64,000 nt of DNA from positions 16,926,001-16,990,000 of the forward strand of contig NC_067402.1 in assembly GCF_016432865.1 (NCBI RefSeq), in the 5' to 3' direction. Origin of the DNA: Antechinus flavipes (Eukaryota). The notes below the pieces were generated by a model. It was not told the DNA's origin and searched no databases. It was given only the letters and a program-made list of their open reading frames with translations. The translations under genes and the position numbers were made by a program. Of the stretch, positions 1-13,452 are shown in pieces; within the stretch, counting starts at the first letter, position 1, and every line of letters begins with the position of its first letter.

Positions 1-1374
1 GTTAGCAGCTTTATAAAGCTGAACCTAATGCCAGCAGAGATGCTTCAGGCACTGATGCAAAATGTCCTGATTTAGCTGTGTGAGGCCCCCTAGATGATAA
101 TCCCATGATCAACTGGGTCAGTGACCATGGCAGAACCCCGTCACCATACGATGTTGCCATCCAACCTCATTTATTTATTTTAAATGACAATGTTTTAAAG
201 AGATAGGATATCTCCAGTCTCTTTGATTTCTGGAAGACAACTTGTTTCTTGGTAATCATAATTTTTATGGATTTAGCACTTTTATGTTTTACCCATACAA
301 CTGTGTAAGAAAGTAATGCAAGTGTCTCTTCCTGTTTTCCAGATCAAGCAACTAAGCCTCTGAAAGGTTGGGATTTGCCCACTATTACAGATTTAATAAG
401 TGTGTGAGACCAAATTTGAACCCAAGTCATACTTTTTCCCCATGACACTGTGTTGAGCTGATTTTCACTCTAAAAATAAGTTTTCTCTGGAGTGAATTCT
501 GGAAGGTTTGGATTCAAATTCTTCTTTGGTCATTACCATCTGTGTAAACTCAGGCAAGCATTTCACTGCACTGGCTCTCAGCGTCTCCATGAGAAGATGA
601 GGCATTGGATTTGGGGTCCGCTATGGTTCCTGTCTGGGAACCTGTTAGAACCATTTACTTTTGTTTTCAGTTCCAATTCTCTTACTCTCCACCTTTTCAC
701 CACTCATTGAGAAGTCCATGTACACAAAAAAATTATGCAAAACATATCAGAATTAGCCATGCTCTTGAGAAAAAAGAAAGTGGGAAAAACAAAGGGGAAA
801 AATACAGTTTAGTTTGCAATCTGAATCCATTCTTTGGTTGAGTCCTTTGGAGTTGTGGTAGATCCTTGTAATTATCATAATCTTGATGTTTGTGTACATT
901 TTCCCATTGTTCTCTGTTCACTTCACTTAGCATCAGTTGAGGTAAATCCTCCCATCATAACATTTATTTTAGAAGCTGCGCTAATATTTCCAGTTAACCT
1001 TTTTGCTATTTTTCATGTAAGTGAAATGTTTTCATTTTAGAAAAAGACATTTCTAATTTTAGTTGTGCAGATATTGAAACAGTGAGTGACCGCATTTGCA
1101 AAATAAGAAAGGGTGCTGACTGTCAGTTGATGTTTGATGATCATTTGTAATCACGTAGAACTTGTGGTTTTGCTTCCTTCTTGACAGCTCTTATCAGCTT
1201 GGATTTTTTGGGTGTCCTTCACTGAAAGGGATAGAAGCTTCCTTCCATCTTAGAAAAAGGAGTCAGCTTTGAGGACAACAGAAAGTATTTTTGTGCATTT
1301 CAAGAGGATGTGATCCTTGAATGTATGCAGCCATATTCCGAAGGCGGCAGTGGGGCCCACCTTAGTTCCTCTTG

Positions 1375-1417
1375 GTTCCAGGGCTGGTGCTCTATCCACT
1401 GCCCCATCTAGCTGCCC
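1375..1417 (-). mobile_element. CORE-SINE tRNA-like head fragment
   Basis: ggctggtgctctatccactgccccatctagctgccc is the antisense SINE 5' head only. Confidence 0.6.
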
Positions 1418-2032
1418 TCTGTTCCACATTAGTTCCATGTGCTTCAATAATTTGGTTAGCACACAGTTTGATCATGAAGAAGTAGCATGGAATAGAGATT
1501 GAAGTCAGTTTTTCCTTCAACATATTGTGTGCGCCCAGCAGGTTGCCAGATGCTCTCAGTGCAGCAGGGAAGTCTCTTTAAGCAGGTATCTTACGAGAAA
1601 CAGTTGCCTCCCATCTTTCCCCACCCTGAGCACTTTTGGATGTTGGAGCCACAGAACTCAGTAAATTTGTCCTTGGATAACCTTGTTGAACTTAGGTTTG
1701 AGAATTGCTTCCAATGTCTTGGTTCTGTTGAGGTGATGAAAGGATACTAAAATGGCCCTTACGTAGAAAACTTGATTAGATAGTTCACAGTGTCATAATA
1801 AAAGCCAGAGGATTGGAAATTGGTCATCTAAGCAGGAAGGATATCCCAGAAGGTAAGTGACCCATCTGCAAACCACAGCTTTTTCAGTGGTTTTGGTTGT
1901 TTTTGCCTAAATTATAGGCATTATTGGTCAGAAATCCAAGTGATTCTGGTTATTCAATTGTGCAGTTCAAATTATGAAGAAAGTAACTGAGTAACCAGAA
2001 TCCAAATGGCTCATGTGTTGTGTGTCTTGTAG

Positions 2033-2158
2033 GAGGAGAGGGCCAAATGTAGCAGCTACGCCGACGAACTGGCCAGATTGGAGTTGAAGTGGAAGGAGCA
2101 GGTGAAAATCAGTGAGGATGCGATGCTGCGCCTTGCGGAGGTGGAGGATCAGAACAAA
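2033..2158 (+). CDS. TAX1BP1: TAX1BP1 internal coding exon (end of coiled coil): EERAKCSSYADELARLELKWKEQVKISEDAMLRLAEVEDQNK
   Basis: AG acceptor at 2031-2032 and GT donor at 2159-2160; 126 nt, phase 0/0. The translation aligns with recalled human TAX1BP1 DEKAKCNKYADELAKMELKWKEQVKIAENVKLELAEVQDNYK. Confidence 0.93.
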
Positions 2159-5100
2159 GTCAGTGTGGGCCTTGGTTGTTTAATAGTATGTGGAGCATAG
2201 AAAGTCTTAGCTTTCCCACCAAGAAGACAGAGTCTTAGCAGCTAAAATGACTGCTTTTGTGCCTCTAATTCTAAGCATATGTTTGTTGAACTAATGTTGA
2301 ACATCCAATACTATTAGGAAACATTTCTTACAAAGCTTTGTGCTGAATATCCATTTACAGAGAGCCTCAAAAAGCTTTGTGTGGTTTTAATGACTAGCAC
2401 TGGGACATGTTGAATGTCTCTCGCCCCAGAAAACTGATATGCTATATAATACTCCTTGTACCACAAAATACATAGTGAAAATAGATGTAATTTGAATTTT
2501 ATTTCCTCACAAATAAGAATTCATTACACTTCTATGCTTAAGAGTACCATCTTTAGCACTCATCAAAATATGAATGGATAAATACATCCTTATCAATAGG
2601 TTCCCTAACGGAATCTTAAAAAAAATTTTTTTTGCAATTATCTGTATGAAAACAAAGTATTCAAAGTACTTTGATACAATCTATGCCAAATTAAGCTGGA
2701 ATTGAATTTATGGATGTTAAGAAAGATTTCAGGATTGTCTTAAGGACTTCTATTTACTACAGACTTGTTCCATTGTTTTCTTTATCTACAGCCATGAAAT
2801 TTGGTGAAATCAAATTTAATTGAGCTTTCTTTGAACTTGTATCTGTTTTTTCTACTGGTAACTTAACTTGTAAATTCAACTTTGATATACTAAAAGATTT
2901 TATCTGAACGAATTTTGGTACAAATTATTAGAAAATAAAGGAGCCTACCAATGGATATGGTAGGAATCAAGGGTACATTCACCGCCAATGCACAGCACAA
3001 GATATATGTAAACAGTGTGTGAACCCACAGTCTGTATTTTCGGAGGCAGGACACTATCCCTTGCTTTCTGGGGGAATTCGGCCTTCAATACCAAAATCCG
3101 GCTCGGATTTGGTGGAACTCTTAAAATCTTAAATTCACTATGAAATGAATTCTGTCTTGTGATGATTAGCTTGTACATGATGGCATCTTTTAAAGCAATC
3201 CAGTGTACGGGGTGTGTGGATGTGTATTTTGGGAGTGTGAGTATATGGAATGTGTATGCACGTGCTTGTGTGGAAGTGTATGTATGCGTACGTGCTTTGA
3301 TAATAGGCAGCATTTTTAGCAGGAGTGCAGTGGCATTTAATTACATCTTTGTCTTCCATTTAGTTCTAGCCTAGGTCAAATGATCAGCAAAACATAATGG
3401 AAAAGATTATTTTATTTCCAGAGATAGTGAAACTAGTGGGTAGGGGAAGTCCAAAGCTTCACAGCACAGAGACAGAAGACACGTATAGATTTTAGGGTGC
3501 TATGTTTAGTTATTAGTTTGTTGTAAGCAAACTCTAATAATGGAATATAGTGGGATAATATTTGTTAGGGTGAATTGATCCATTTATGTGCAGCAGTTTG
3601 CTTTGCATCTCCCTTATGGTTGTGTAAAACAGATTCATGGCTACTTAGCATACATAGGTGATATGCTTTATTATTGTACTAATATTGTATGCTATCTTAA
3701 AAGTGATTTCAGGCTTATGATAATTTATGTCTTCATTAAGACAATCTTTCATAAGAAACAAAGGGACCAAATGATATTTAATGTATGATAAATTTATTGA
3801 GTCTTGAGCTTTACACGGTAGTGCCCTTATAATTTGCTAAGACAGGTAGTGAGATTGATGTCCATTTTTTGGTAAATCAATTAAATTGTTGGCAAAACCA
3901 TTTTATCAAATAAAACAGCTGGCTTGAAATTTTGAAAACCATTTGGATTTGTTGTGTTAGGACAAAATATAGAAACATTTTGATGAAGCCGGTCAGATCA
4001 ATTCACAAGAAATTTCTTTTTCCGTTATCATAAAACAAAGCAATCTGGTTAACATGTTAAATTTAAAAGGTTGAATTTGTTTTTCGTTTTTCATTTAGCT
4101 TTCTTCTCACAGAGTAAAAAAAGATTTCCCAACTACAAAATTTCTTATAGTACAAAGGAAAAATACTGATTCTGTACTTTGAAAAGATGTTTCTATCATT
4201 ATTGGCTATTCTTTAATCATTTTTAATCTAAAAATTTATCAGAAATATGTAAAGCCTTTACTGAAGAATAAAGTGTAGATCTCATCTACCAGCAAGGAAG
4301 TGCTCTAAAGATACAAAACTTTTACTGTTTAATACAGTTTCTACTCAAGGCTTGCATGAATATATTGTTTCAAATCCTGAGTGGATTGAAGCAATTCCTT
4401 TACATGATTTTTTGATGTAAAATGATCTTTGAGTAATAATTTGAAGTGAACTTAAACATCTATGTGGAATTATTATATAATTAAAAAATCCTTCACATTT
4501 TCTTTTTAATTTCAAGCATTCTTTAAAAATAAGCTATGTAACTTTAAAATGGCATTTTAAAACTGCCATCTATTAATTTGCAATTTTCTTTGGCAAATTT
4601 TTTGTTTGTATCCCTTTTTTGGCTGTGGTAAACTCACTCCTGTTGATCGTGTAATCATGATCAGTAATAATACCTGATACTATAATACCTGAGAGAGAGA
4701 GCATTCTGTATTTCATAGCAATCTTTTTGCAATCTTTGAGGTCACTCATTTCATAATGAACTCCCTTGTTTTGGATCCTTGCTAATCATGTATAGCCTAA
4801 CCTGATTACTCTTAACATCATTGTGATTTGTCCTCACCCTCCACCTCCTCCTCCTGAGGTGGCCTCAGTTGCACAAAATAAAACAAAATCCCACATTTAC
4901 TAAGTTTCTAAGGGTGAGCTGCAGACTGCCACCCAGAATGGTTGCACCAGTTCATAATTCTTCCACAATCCCTGAATTAGTTGATGTTTTTGACCTTTAT
5001 TATTTATTCTGGTGGGTTGTTTGATAGAATACCAGAATTGTTTTAATTTGCATTGCTCTTATGAGGAATTTGGGATCCATTTTTGTTATAACTTGCCAAA

Positions 5101-5218
5101 GGTAAGTTGCATTTTTAAAACAGTGGAAAAGGTACTCTGTAGTCAGTTCTGCATACTGTCTTGACAAGTGGACATGGACAACATTTGATTTCTTAATTGG
5201 TTCTTTGATGGTTTTTAG

Positions 5219-5399
5219 GAGCTTGAAAAGAAACTTGAAAATCAGGCTGAGAGAGAAAAGGAAGATCAGAATTCCTGGCAATCCTCAACGAGTGGCCCTC
5301 CCAAAGAGCAGAGTGGGCCTGTTCCTTCAGTGCCTTCAGTGCCCAATAGTCAACCAGTTCTGCAATTTGGAAATCCCTATGCAACTTCGGACTCCCGAG
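5219..5399 (+). CDS. TAX1BP1: TAX1BP1 coding exon: ELEKKLENQAEREKEDQNSWQSSTSGPPKEQSGPVPSVPSVPNSQPVLQFGNPYATSDSR
   Basis: ttttag acceptor at 5217-5218 and GT at 5400-5401; 181 nt, phase 0/1. The QPVLQ(F/Y)GNPYA motif matches the recalled human protein. Confidence 0.9.
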
Positions 5400-5789
5400 G
5401 TTTGTTGTTGGTTTTGAATTAAGCTGGGGTATGATATACTCTGTGTGTTTCAATTATGGAAATACATGATGTTCTTTTGTTGGTAAAACAGTGGGATGAA
5501 ATTTTTAAGTGTTAGTTAGAAACTTATTCTGGATGGTGGAAAGAAAATTGGACAAGGAGTCCAGAGAGTTGAATTTGAATACAAATGGGAAAAATAATCC
5601 TTGGGTTAATTTTCTCATTTTGAACAGCGTTGTTGTGAGGATGTGAAATAATATGTAGAAAATTCTGTACATTTAAAAGCCCCATTTAAATTCTAGTTCT
5701 TTAAAAAATGCTTTTGTTTTTGAGGTTTGGGGTCTGCTTGAACTATCTAAATTTTAATAGTATTTCATTGTTTTATGATTTCATTTCAG

Positions 5790-5941
5790 ATGGAGCAGAT
5801 GGTGCTTTTTACCCAGATGAAATCCAAAGGCCACCACCTGTAAGATCATTCTTGTGGGAATTGGAAGACAACGTAGTCTGTAGCCAGCCTGCTCGAAACC
5901 TTAGTCGGCCTGATGGTTTAGAGGACCCTGAAGAAAGCAAT
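5790..5941 (+). CDS. TAX1BP1: TAX1BP1 coding exon: (D)GADGAFYPDEIQRPPPVRSFLWELEDNVVCSQPARNLSRPDGLEDPEESN
   Basis: tttcag acceptor ending at 5789 and GT at 5942-5943; 152 nt, phase 1/0. Visible inside ORF 5708..5962 and nearly identical to recalled TAX1BP1. Confidence 0.95.
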
Positions 5942-6568
5942 GTAAACTTGAGTTTTTCTTGATTTTCCTAACCTGTTTATAAGAATATTACACATATATG
6001 GCTACCAATTATGGAAAACCTTGCATCATTTATATTTCCTTTTGAGTTGTAGAATCAGTTATAAAAATACTTTAGAAACATTTTCTTCTGTAGGATTTTA
6101 GTTAAAAGTATAAAAGTATTAAGTAATGAACATATAAAAGCAAAAGTGAGTGCATAGGAACTTTTGTTTTCAAAATTGGCTTGCTAGATCAAAGAAAGAT
6201 GTTGCAATTTTTATTACTTTCTTTGCCCACTTGAAGCTTGAATGATTTGAGTTATATTAGTGTTCTAAAAAACACAAGTGCAAGGGTTATTGTGTGAGCT
6301 TCCTTTTTTGGAGAACATTTCCTTTGACATTTACTCCTTCAGTTTAATGTAGCATCCCTTGTACTTTGGCACTAAGACAAGAATAAGCATAGCTTTGGCT
6401 TGTGTAACACATAATGATAGTCTTTGATTAGATTTAAAGGATTTCTTAACCATTTACTAAATAAGTTTGTTTCTTTTTCGTAGCACTTTCTTGATGAGTT
6501 ATAATCTAAGATGGATTTAAAAGAATGACTTTATTGTGCTCTTTGCAAGAACAGTGGTATCATGACCT

Positions 6569-6756
6569 NNNNNNNNNNNNNNNNNNNNNNNNNNNNNNNN
6601 NNNNNNNNNNNNNNNNNNNNNNNNNNNNNNNNNNNNNNNNNNNNNNNNNNNNNNNNNNNNNNNNNNNNNNNNNNNNNNNNNNNNNNNNNNNNNNNNNNNN
6701 NNNNNNNNNNNNNNNNNNNNNNNNNNNNNNNNNNNNNNNNNNNNNNNNNNNNNNNN
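6569..6756. other. Assembly gap (N run)
   Basis: 188 N. Confidence 1.
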
Positions 6757-9700
6757 TTTGCAGCCTATTTAAGATCTAGAGTATTCTCTTACTGTTTTTT
6801 CCCACCTTTACTTCTCATTCTGCATATCTAATCTGATCATTCTTGGCTCCGACATTACCTGTGACAAGCCCTTCTCTTTCTTAGTCACCTGCTTCAGTTT
6901 AATTAGCAGAGAGGGTTTTCTCCCCTTTTTTTGATCTATGTGCGTTGCCCTCCTGTAAACCCAAGAGAAGCAGTCTTGTGCTCATTTGCTGACACTGAGA
7001 TTTGGTAATGAGATGGAAGGACTCCACTGGGCTTGAATTGGGAGTAACCTTGCATTGCTGTTTCTCCATTCAGACAGAAACCCATTTGTCTATCCCATCA
7101 CAGTCTTTACATTTTTCTGGCCATTGCAAATGAAGATCAGATGGGAGTACAGTTCCAAAATGTCATTTTAATTTCTGTACACCAAAATATAGATATAAAT
7201 GAATGACAATACAAATACATTATACTCAAATATTGCATGAGAAAATAATTGTAAGAAGTAAGTTAGACTGAGTGGCAGAGCAGTCCTAGTGAAGACAGCT
7301 CTTCTTCCACTCAACAAAGAAGGCTTAAACTAAATTCAGGAGTGTCAGGATGCAAGCAGATCATTCTTTAAAGGTTGGACAAAGGCAATTTGCGCAAAGA
7401 TTTTTAAAATAAATCTTTGGGTGAAGTGGCTCAGCTTTGTTCCCATGCCACTTTTTTTTTTATTTTAATTTAAACTGTTTCAGGAACATTGTCTTCCATT
7501 ACAACTATCATTTTAAGTTTGATGTAGTATTATCTTCCTGTCTTGGTGACTCACTGAATATATATCTTTATAGAAACAGGACAAATGTGATACTCTAAAT
7601 CTCTTCAAGTCTGAGACATGATAATGTATCTGAGATTAATTGGGATAATGAATACAGGAAAAACCCATTATGCTGGATAAAAGTCATTCCCATGACACTA
7701 CATTTGCAAGGCCCTTAATATTAAGTCGGTGAGTCGGGCATAACACATTTTATTAGAAAATTGAGACTTCAGAATTGGAAGTTTTTGCCTATGGTCACAC
7801 AGATGGTTCTTGCAGTGGAACCTGAAGCCCTAGAGAGCCCTCTGTTGTGGGCCTTGATGGTCTCTAAGACTGCACCAATGAGATACAACTGTTCTTAGGT
7901 GGAAGGAGTTGATAAGAATATACTGCATATCAAGCTTTGAATCCAAGACTGAGTGGGAGGTGAAAACAAAGTGATTTGAATTTTTCTAATAAGACCAAAA
8001 GTCCTGTCCTCACCAGATTAGTGTTAAAAGCATAAAGGGGAACTTGTATCTAAATTTTGATCCAATAAAATACAAACATTTATGTTTTTCAATTCTTCTT
8101 ATTTTGAAACATTCAGAGAACTCTTTATTATTTGCTACCACAAAATTTAAAATCAGAGAATCTATTATTAGAGATCATGCAAAAAACAGTCATTAGATTT
8201 CTTTGTAATTGGCTGTCTCAAATTTTGATACTTTTTTTTTTTAAGCTAGCCCTACAGTCAGATAACCCTTGACTCCACGTCTTTCTGTGTAGAAAAGGCA
8301 CTGACTACATTATTGGCAGAGAATGTTTCTTTAAAAGACCCCTCAGAACAACAGCCAAAGATCCCAGTTTGCAAATGGAAAAGAAAAAAATCATACCGAA
8401 TTTGGGCAGGAATCTGAAGAATTATCCAGACTATCAACAAATTTATTTGTTGTATTAAGAAAGAATTAGCAGGAATCTAGGACTATTGCTTATGTATATT
8501 GAATTATATTTAAATTTCTCCATTACAAAATTTTCTTAATATATTATCAGGCATGCTAATTCATTGATACAGCCATGAAATGATACAATTCTTTGTGGAA
8601 AGCATTTGGAACCATGCAAATAAAGTGATTAAATGCCCATACTCTTTGAACTATAGACTCCATTGCTGGATTTTCATATCATGATAAGGAAAAAGTGCCC
8701 ATGTACTTACTCCATTATTTCTACCACTATTTTTTTATGATAGGAAGAATTGGAAATAGGAAGTAGTCTGTCATTGGGAACATAACAGAAGGTGAATGTG
8801 AAGGATAGAGAGATCTGAGATCCTTTGTGGGACAAAGGGAACAGAGCCAGAAAATCACACACGTAGTACATGCAAATGGAAAGAATGTGAACCTCCAGCC
8901 CACTTGTGCGGGGGCTGGCGCCTTGGTGTCACATGTTGCATGGATTTAGATTTTCACAATGTGTCCATCAGTTGTGCTGACTTTTTTTTCTCTCTAAAAT
9001 TTACTTTGGCTCTCCTGGAGGAAGAGGAGAAATACACAGGATTCTTTGGTGACATAAGATATAGAAACTATCAATTGAAGCCTACCTAAAACAAAAAAGT
9101 GGTGATGGTTGGAAAGGTTGTGCAGAGCCACAAGTTTGGGCAGAGTGAGTTTGACAAGGCACATGGAGTAGACACTTGGATATGGCCCAGGTGGTGATGA
9201 TGGCAGGAGTGTGAGGATAGAAAGTGCCATGGTAGGAAGAGCCACATGGAGACCTTTGTACTCATAGGTCCCTCATCCTTGCAAATGGCCATTTTGGGTA
9301 TAATGAAAAAGGGCCATTTTGTAAAATGCATTGTAATTAAATCAGTTATAATTATTGAAGAATTTTGTATTTTGTGTTTTGTTTTTATGAATTGCTTTAG
9401 TGGCTGAAATTATCTTTACTGAGATACAATGTCCTCCTTGCTTATGCTCCTTAGAAAAACCGAATGGCAATGACAGCCATGCGTCAGGTGATGAGAAGTT
9501 GTGTACTTCTGGTATCAACTCAGAAATTCACAGAATACGTGTGACCTTCATGTTTGCATGACTCTCAGTAGTTTGAATTAGAGCACTAACTACCAGCTAT
9601 GTACGATGTTAATGATATTGTGGTCAAGGTTTTGTAAATCTTATGCCCCATTAGTCATCCCTAATTCCTGTCTGGATTCCAAGTGCTTACATTAACAATA

Positions 9701-11622
9701 ACCTCAGGGCGACAGGAAGGCCCCGACTGTGGTTATTGCCATGTACTGTGGGACTTCTTTGGCCTAGCTTTTGTATGGGGGAGTTGGAGCCTCATGTCTG
9801 GATTGTTGGCTTTAAGTTGGTTTGAGACACCGGTATGGTTTTTCTTTTCATTTCATGCTGTCACAATTTCTGTGTGGATGCAATGTCGGTTAATTGACAT
9901 GAAGAACATCCTTGTTTTCGGTGGAGAGTGCTAGCTTGTCGTATCCACAAAACAGAAGGATCAGCTAGACATGGGATGGCAAAGGAATATGTGCAATGAT
10001 GTGGGGGGAAGACACTGATCTGAATCACTTAAGATCTGAGTTACATTTTTGTACTACTTAAACTTTTGTACCCAGGGATGAGCTGAGAGAGACTTCTGAA
10101 AAAGTCTGCCCTTGTCAAATAGCATCCAGGTTTTATTGTCACAGTTTAGTTGGAGAATATCTAGAGAAAGGCCACCCAGATGGGCGTGGCCCTTGATTCC
10201 ATTCCAAATGAGCATTTCTTCAAGGTTGTTGCTCTTTCCAGCTATATGAAGAGGCTGTCACTGAGAAGAGGAAAATTCGGAGGTAAAATGGGAGTGGGTT
10301 GCTGGATAACAAGACAGCTTTCCACTTTAGTTGAACAAGCATTTATTAAGCTCTTTGTGCCCAACATGACAGTAGACAGATGGGTTATGACTATACAAGT
10401 GAAACACCCTCCCTTCAAGGGGCATCCTTGTGTCAAGAATAGTGTGTATGGATTTGGACACTGATGTCATGGAGTGATCCCATTTTCATAAGGAGAATGT
10501 TGCGTACTTTGAAGCTTTTTTGTAGAAATTTGCTTATGGAATTATTTGAGGTAGTGTAAATGTCATATATGCAAATATCAGTATACATAAAACCCATAAT
10601 AGGAATAATCTCTGACTACAGGGGGTTTGCTGCATTTTCTGTCTAGCTAGGGTCATCGGTTTTAATCGCCAAGACTTTGTTACCTATCTTAGGTCTTTGT
10701 AAAAAATAAGACTTTGGCCTTTAAAACAATGTATCTGCACTATATGTAGATAATTCTGGACTGTTATTGATTGGTTGACGCTCCTCAGCCTGCCCCCTTG
10801 GGTGACTTCTATACTTCTTCACCAAGGGAGCACCTGAGATGCTAAAGGCCTTTCTCTGCTTTTTCTGCACATTTCAGTTGCTTCAAGTCGCCTTGAAGAT
10901 TTCCTTGTTTCTCATGCTTTTTTTCTGAAGTTGCAGCTAACCCTAACCCCTTTGCATCTAGGGTCTTCAATGTCCTGTAGCCATACAGTGATGTTAGAAC
11001 ATTGATGTGATCTTCTGAAAGTATTTTTAGTCTCCTTGTAATGCTGGCTTCTGGGTCCAGCTCCTTGTCCTTTTATAAGGTCCTGTCCCATATATACAAG
11101 CTGATAAATGAATGAAAAGACACTTGTTAAGTGGTGATTATGTGCTAAGCACTTCACAAATATTCTGTTTGATTCTCATCAAATAGTGGATACAGATGGG
11201 GGAGGGGTATCCTCGTATTCCTTGTTGCAAAGATTTATTTTATCCAATTATTTGCTTCTCATCTACTTTTTGTTCCCTTGAGCATTGGTTTTGTTTGGGC
11301 AAAACTTTCTTAATCTCCATTTTAACCTTCTGTGTTCTCTACCTTTTTTTGAACCCTTCTCAAATGTATGGCTAGATCTAATAGGTAATTTCTTCCTTAG
11401 TGCTTCTAATTTGTTGATGTTGGTATTATAGGTAAATTGTTATTAAAGTTCAAAATAATTCTTTGACCTTCAAATTACGCTTGTGTTCACCTGAAACTCT
11501 AACCCAGAATACTTCAAATACAGTTCAATTTTCTGTAGAAATATTTGTGGCTTTGTGCATGGTTGAGTTAAATCGTTCTCTGAAACATGGAACTAAATCT
11601 TGTGGAATTATGTTTTATGCAG

Positions 11623-11708
11623 GACGATGATGAGAATGTCCCTACTGCTCCCGAACCTCCAAGCCAGCTCTTACATGCTCATGGGACAGGGTTTTGCTTT
11701 GATTCCAG
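11623..11708 (+). CDS. TAX1BP1: TAX1BP1 penultimate coding exon: DDDENVPTAPEPPSQLLHAHGTGFCFDS(S)
   Basis: AG at 11621-11622 and GT at 11709-11710; 86 nt, phase 0/2. Matches recalled EDENVPTAPDPPSQHLRGHGTGFCFDSS. Confidence 0.95.
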
Positions 11709-12110
11709 GTAATAACTTTTTCTACATAGATCTTTTGCACATTATTTTGTAATTTCAGAAATTCTTAGCTATTCAGTAAAGTAGATGCTGTAGGAAATTC
11801 TAGGTTGCTTTCATCCTTACGGATAATTACATTGGAATTCTGTGTTTCATTATTTATTCTGAGGAACTATTTTGGGAACTCAACAAAAAGGTGTCAAACC
11901 AAGGGTGGAGCTTTTCAGTAAATGGTCCCCCTTGCTGAGGGCTTGTCTTGGTGAGCAGGCAGTATGGTGAAAAGTCAGACCCGAGGTCACTCATGTGATA
12001 GCACAGTTAGCACTGGCAGTTTCAGGAGTCCCATAGAGTTCTGAGAATCAGCATTTCCAATGTGGTTATTTCTTAGAAATGTAACGATTTCCTGTCCCTG
12101 TCTCTTCAAG

Positions 12111-12312
12111 CTTTGACGTTCACAAGAAGTGTCCCCTCTGTGAGTTAATGTTCCCTCCCAACTATGATCAGAGCAAGTTTGAAGAACACGTCGAAAGTCA
12201 CTGGAAGGTGTGCCCCATGTGCAGCGAGCAGTTCCCTCCAGACTATGACCAGCAAGGGTTTGAAAGGCACGTTCAGACTCATTTTGATCAGAATGTTTTA
12301 AATTTTGATTAG
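12111..12312 (+). CDS. TAX1BP1: TAX1BP1 last coding exon with two UBZ zinc fingers: FDVHKKCPLCELMFPPNYDQSKFEEHVESHWKVCPMCSEQFPPDYDQQGFERHVQTHFDQNVLNFD*
   Basis: AG at 12109-12110 and TAG stop at 12310-12312. Contains tandem CxxC...HxxxH UBZ fingers and the PPNY/PPDY (PPxY) motifs characteristic of TAX1BP1. Confidence 0.97.
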
Positions 12313-12970
12313 AATGTCAGTTTTTATTATGTTATTCCAGTTTACCATTTAAAAAAAGATCACCTCCAATAGATATACCATATCCGAGAAAACATCTAAT
12401 CCATGTTTCTGACTCTTCATCATATGTTACCTGTGTACAGCACAGTAGGTTTAGGGCCAGGGTCCATCTTGGGCTTAGCAGCAGATAGTAAAATAGGCTC
12501 TGTTACTCTCCCCTGCTCTAAAGAAAGGAAGAAGTTCTTTGTGTTGTGTGTGTATATCTTTATTTATTCCCCAGTTGTGAACATTGTATCAATAAAGGAC
12601 ACAGGGATTGTTTTAATGTGACAACAGAAAAAAATTCCATGGTGGTAGGGAATAGAGCAGACTGATAACCAGTTTCCATTGCGTAGGTGATTGAGCATGA
12701 TTAAATATTATGTAATAAAAAGTATTTCTGATAGCAATCTTGTGTAGTAATTCTTTGGGCAAGTTTCAGAAAGCTATAATTTATCCTATGAACATAGTTT
12801 TCTAATCCTCTTTGGAAGTTTAGATGCATGTATGATGAGATTACATGCTTGCAACGTAGCAAATACCTCTTGTACATGGGAAAAGGTTGGCCTTAGGAAT
12901 TAATCTAAGGAAGCACATTTTGCTTTAATCCAGTATTTTTATGAATAAAGAAATTAATATAATTAGATTT
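12313..12970 (+). other. TAX1BP1: TAX1BP1 3' UTR with three candidate AATAAA signals (12591-12596, 12714-12719, 12944-12949)
   Basis: AT-rich sequence after the stop codon; the hexamers were read directly. The cleavage site actually used cannot be determined from sequence. Confidence 0.6.
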
Positions 12971-13296
12971 ATCTGAATGATTATTTTTCAATCATCTTAC
13001 AGTTATATTTATAGCTAATGGAAAGTAAGTGAAGAAACCTCCTTCACTCCCCAGGGCTCTGGGTCCTTGACAAAGGTTTGCAGGGAGGGGGTTTGTGCAT
13101 TCTGCAATTTTCCTCTTGAACATAAAAATTATGTTTCTAATTAAGCAATTAAAAATGTGAGAAGACATTTGTTTCTGACTGTACAGTACTCATTACATTA
13201 AAGTTAAACCAGTATTGGAGCTCTGTGGCTGTTTGCTTTCATTATTATCCAATTAATCTGTAATCTTATGGTTAGGGGCTCTTCACAATTTGGTAA

Positions 13297-13337
<41 letters not shown>

Positions 13338-13452
13338 GATAAAACTGTTTCCCTTGTAGTTACGTGTACTTGGAAGTAATTGGGGGAAAGTATTCTCTAG
13401 CCCCCGCTGACCATGGTCTCTTTTCCTTCTGTTTCAGCCCAGTCCTTCTCAA

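Noticed and set aside
1-2030. Additional upstream TAX1BP1 exon
   Set aside because: No frame matches the expected preceding sequence (ending ...KCKQLLQ), so that exon probably lies outside the window.
2945-3313. 122-aa ORF antisense to TAX1BP1
   Set aside because: The N-terminal half comes from degenerate (TG)n-like sequence, and no family was recognised.
8262-8417. Possible alternative terminal exon of TAX1BP1 (51 codons in frame after cag at 8259-8261) that would remove the UBZ fingers
   Set aside because: Two closer AGs after the T-tract would be favoured and lead to an early stop. The peptide has no known homology, so it cannot be supported without RNA data.
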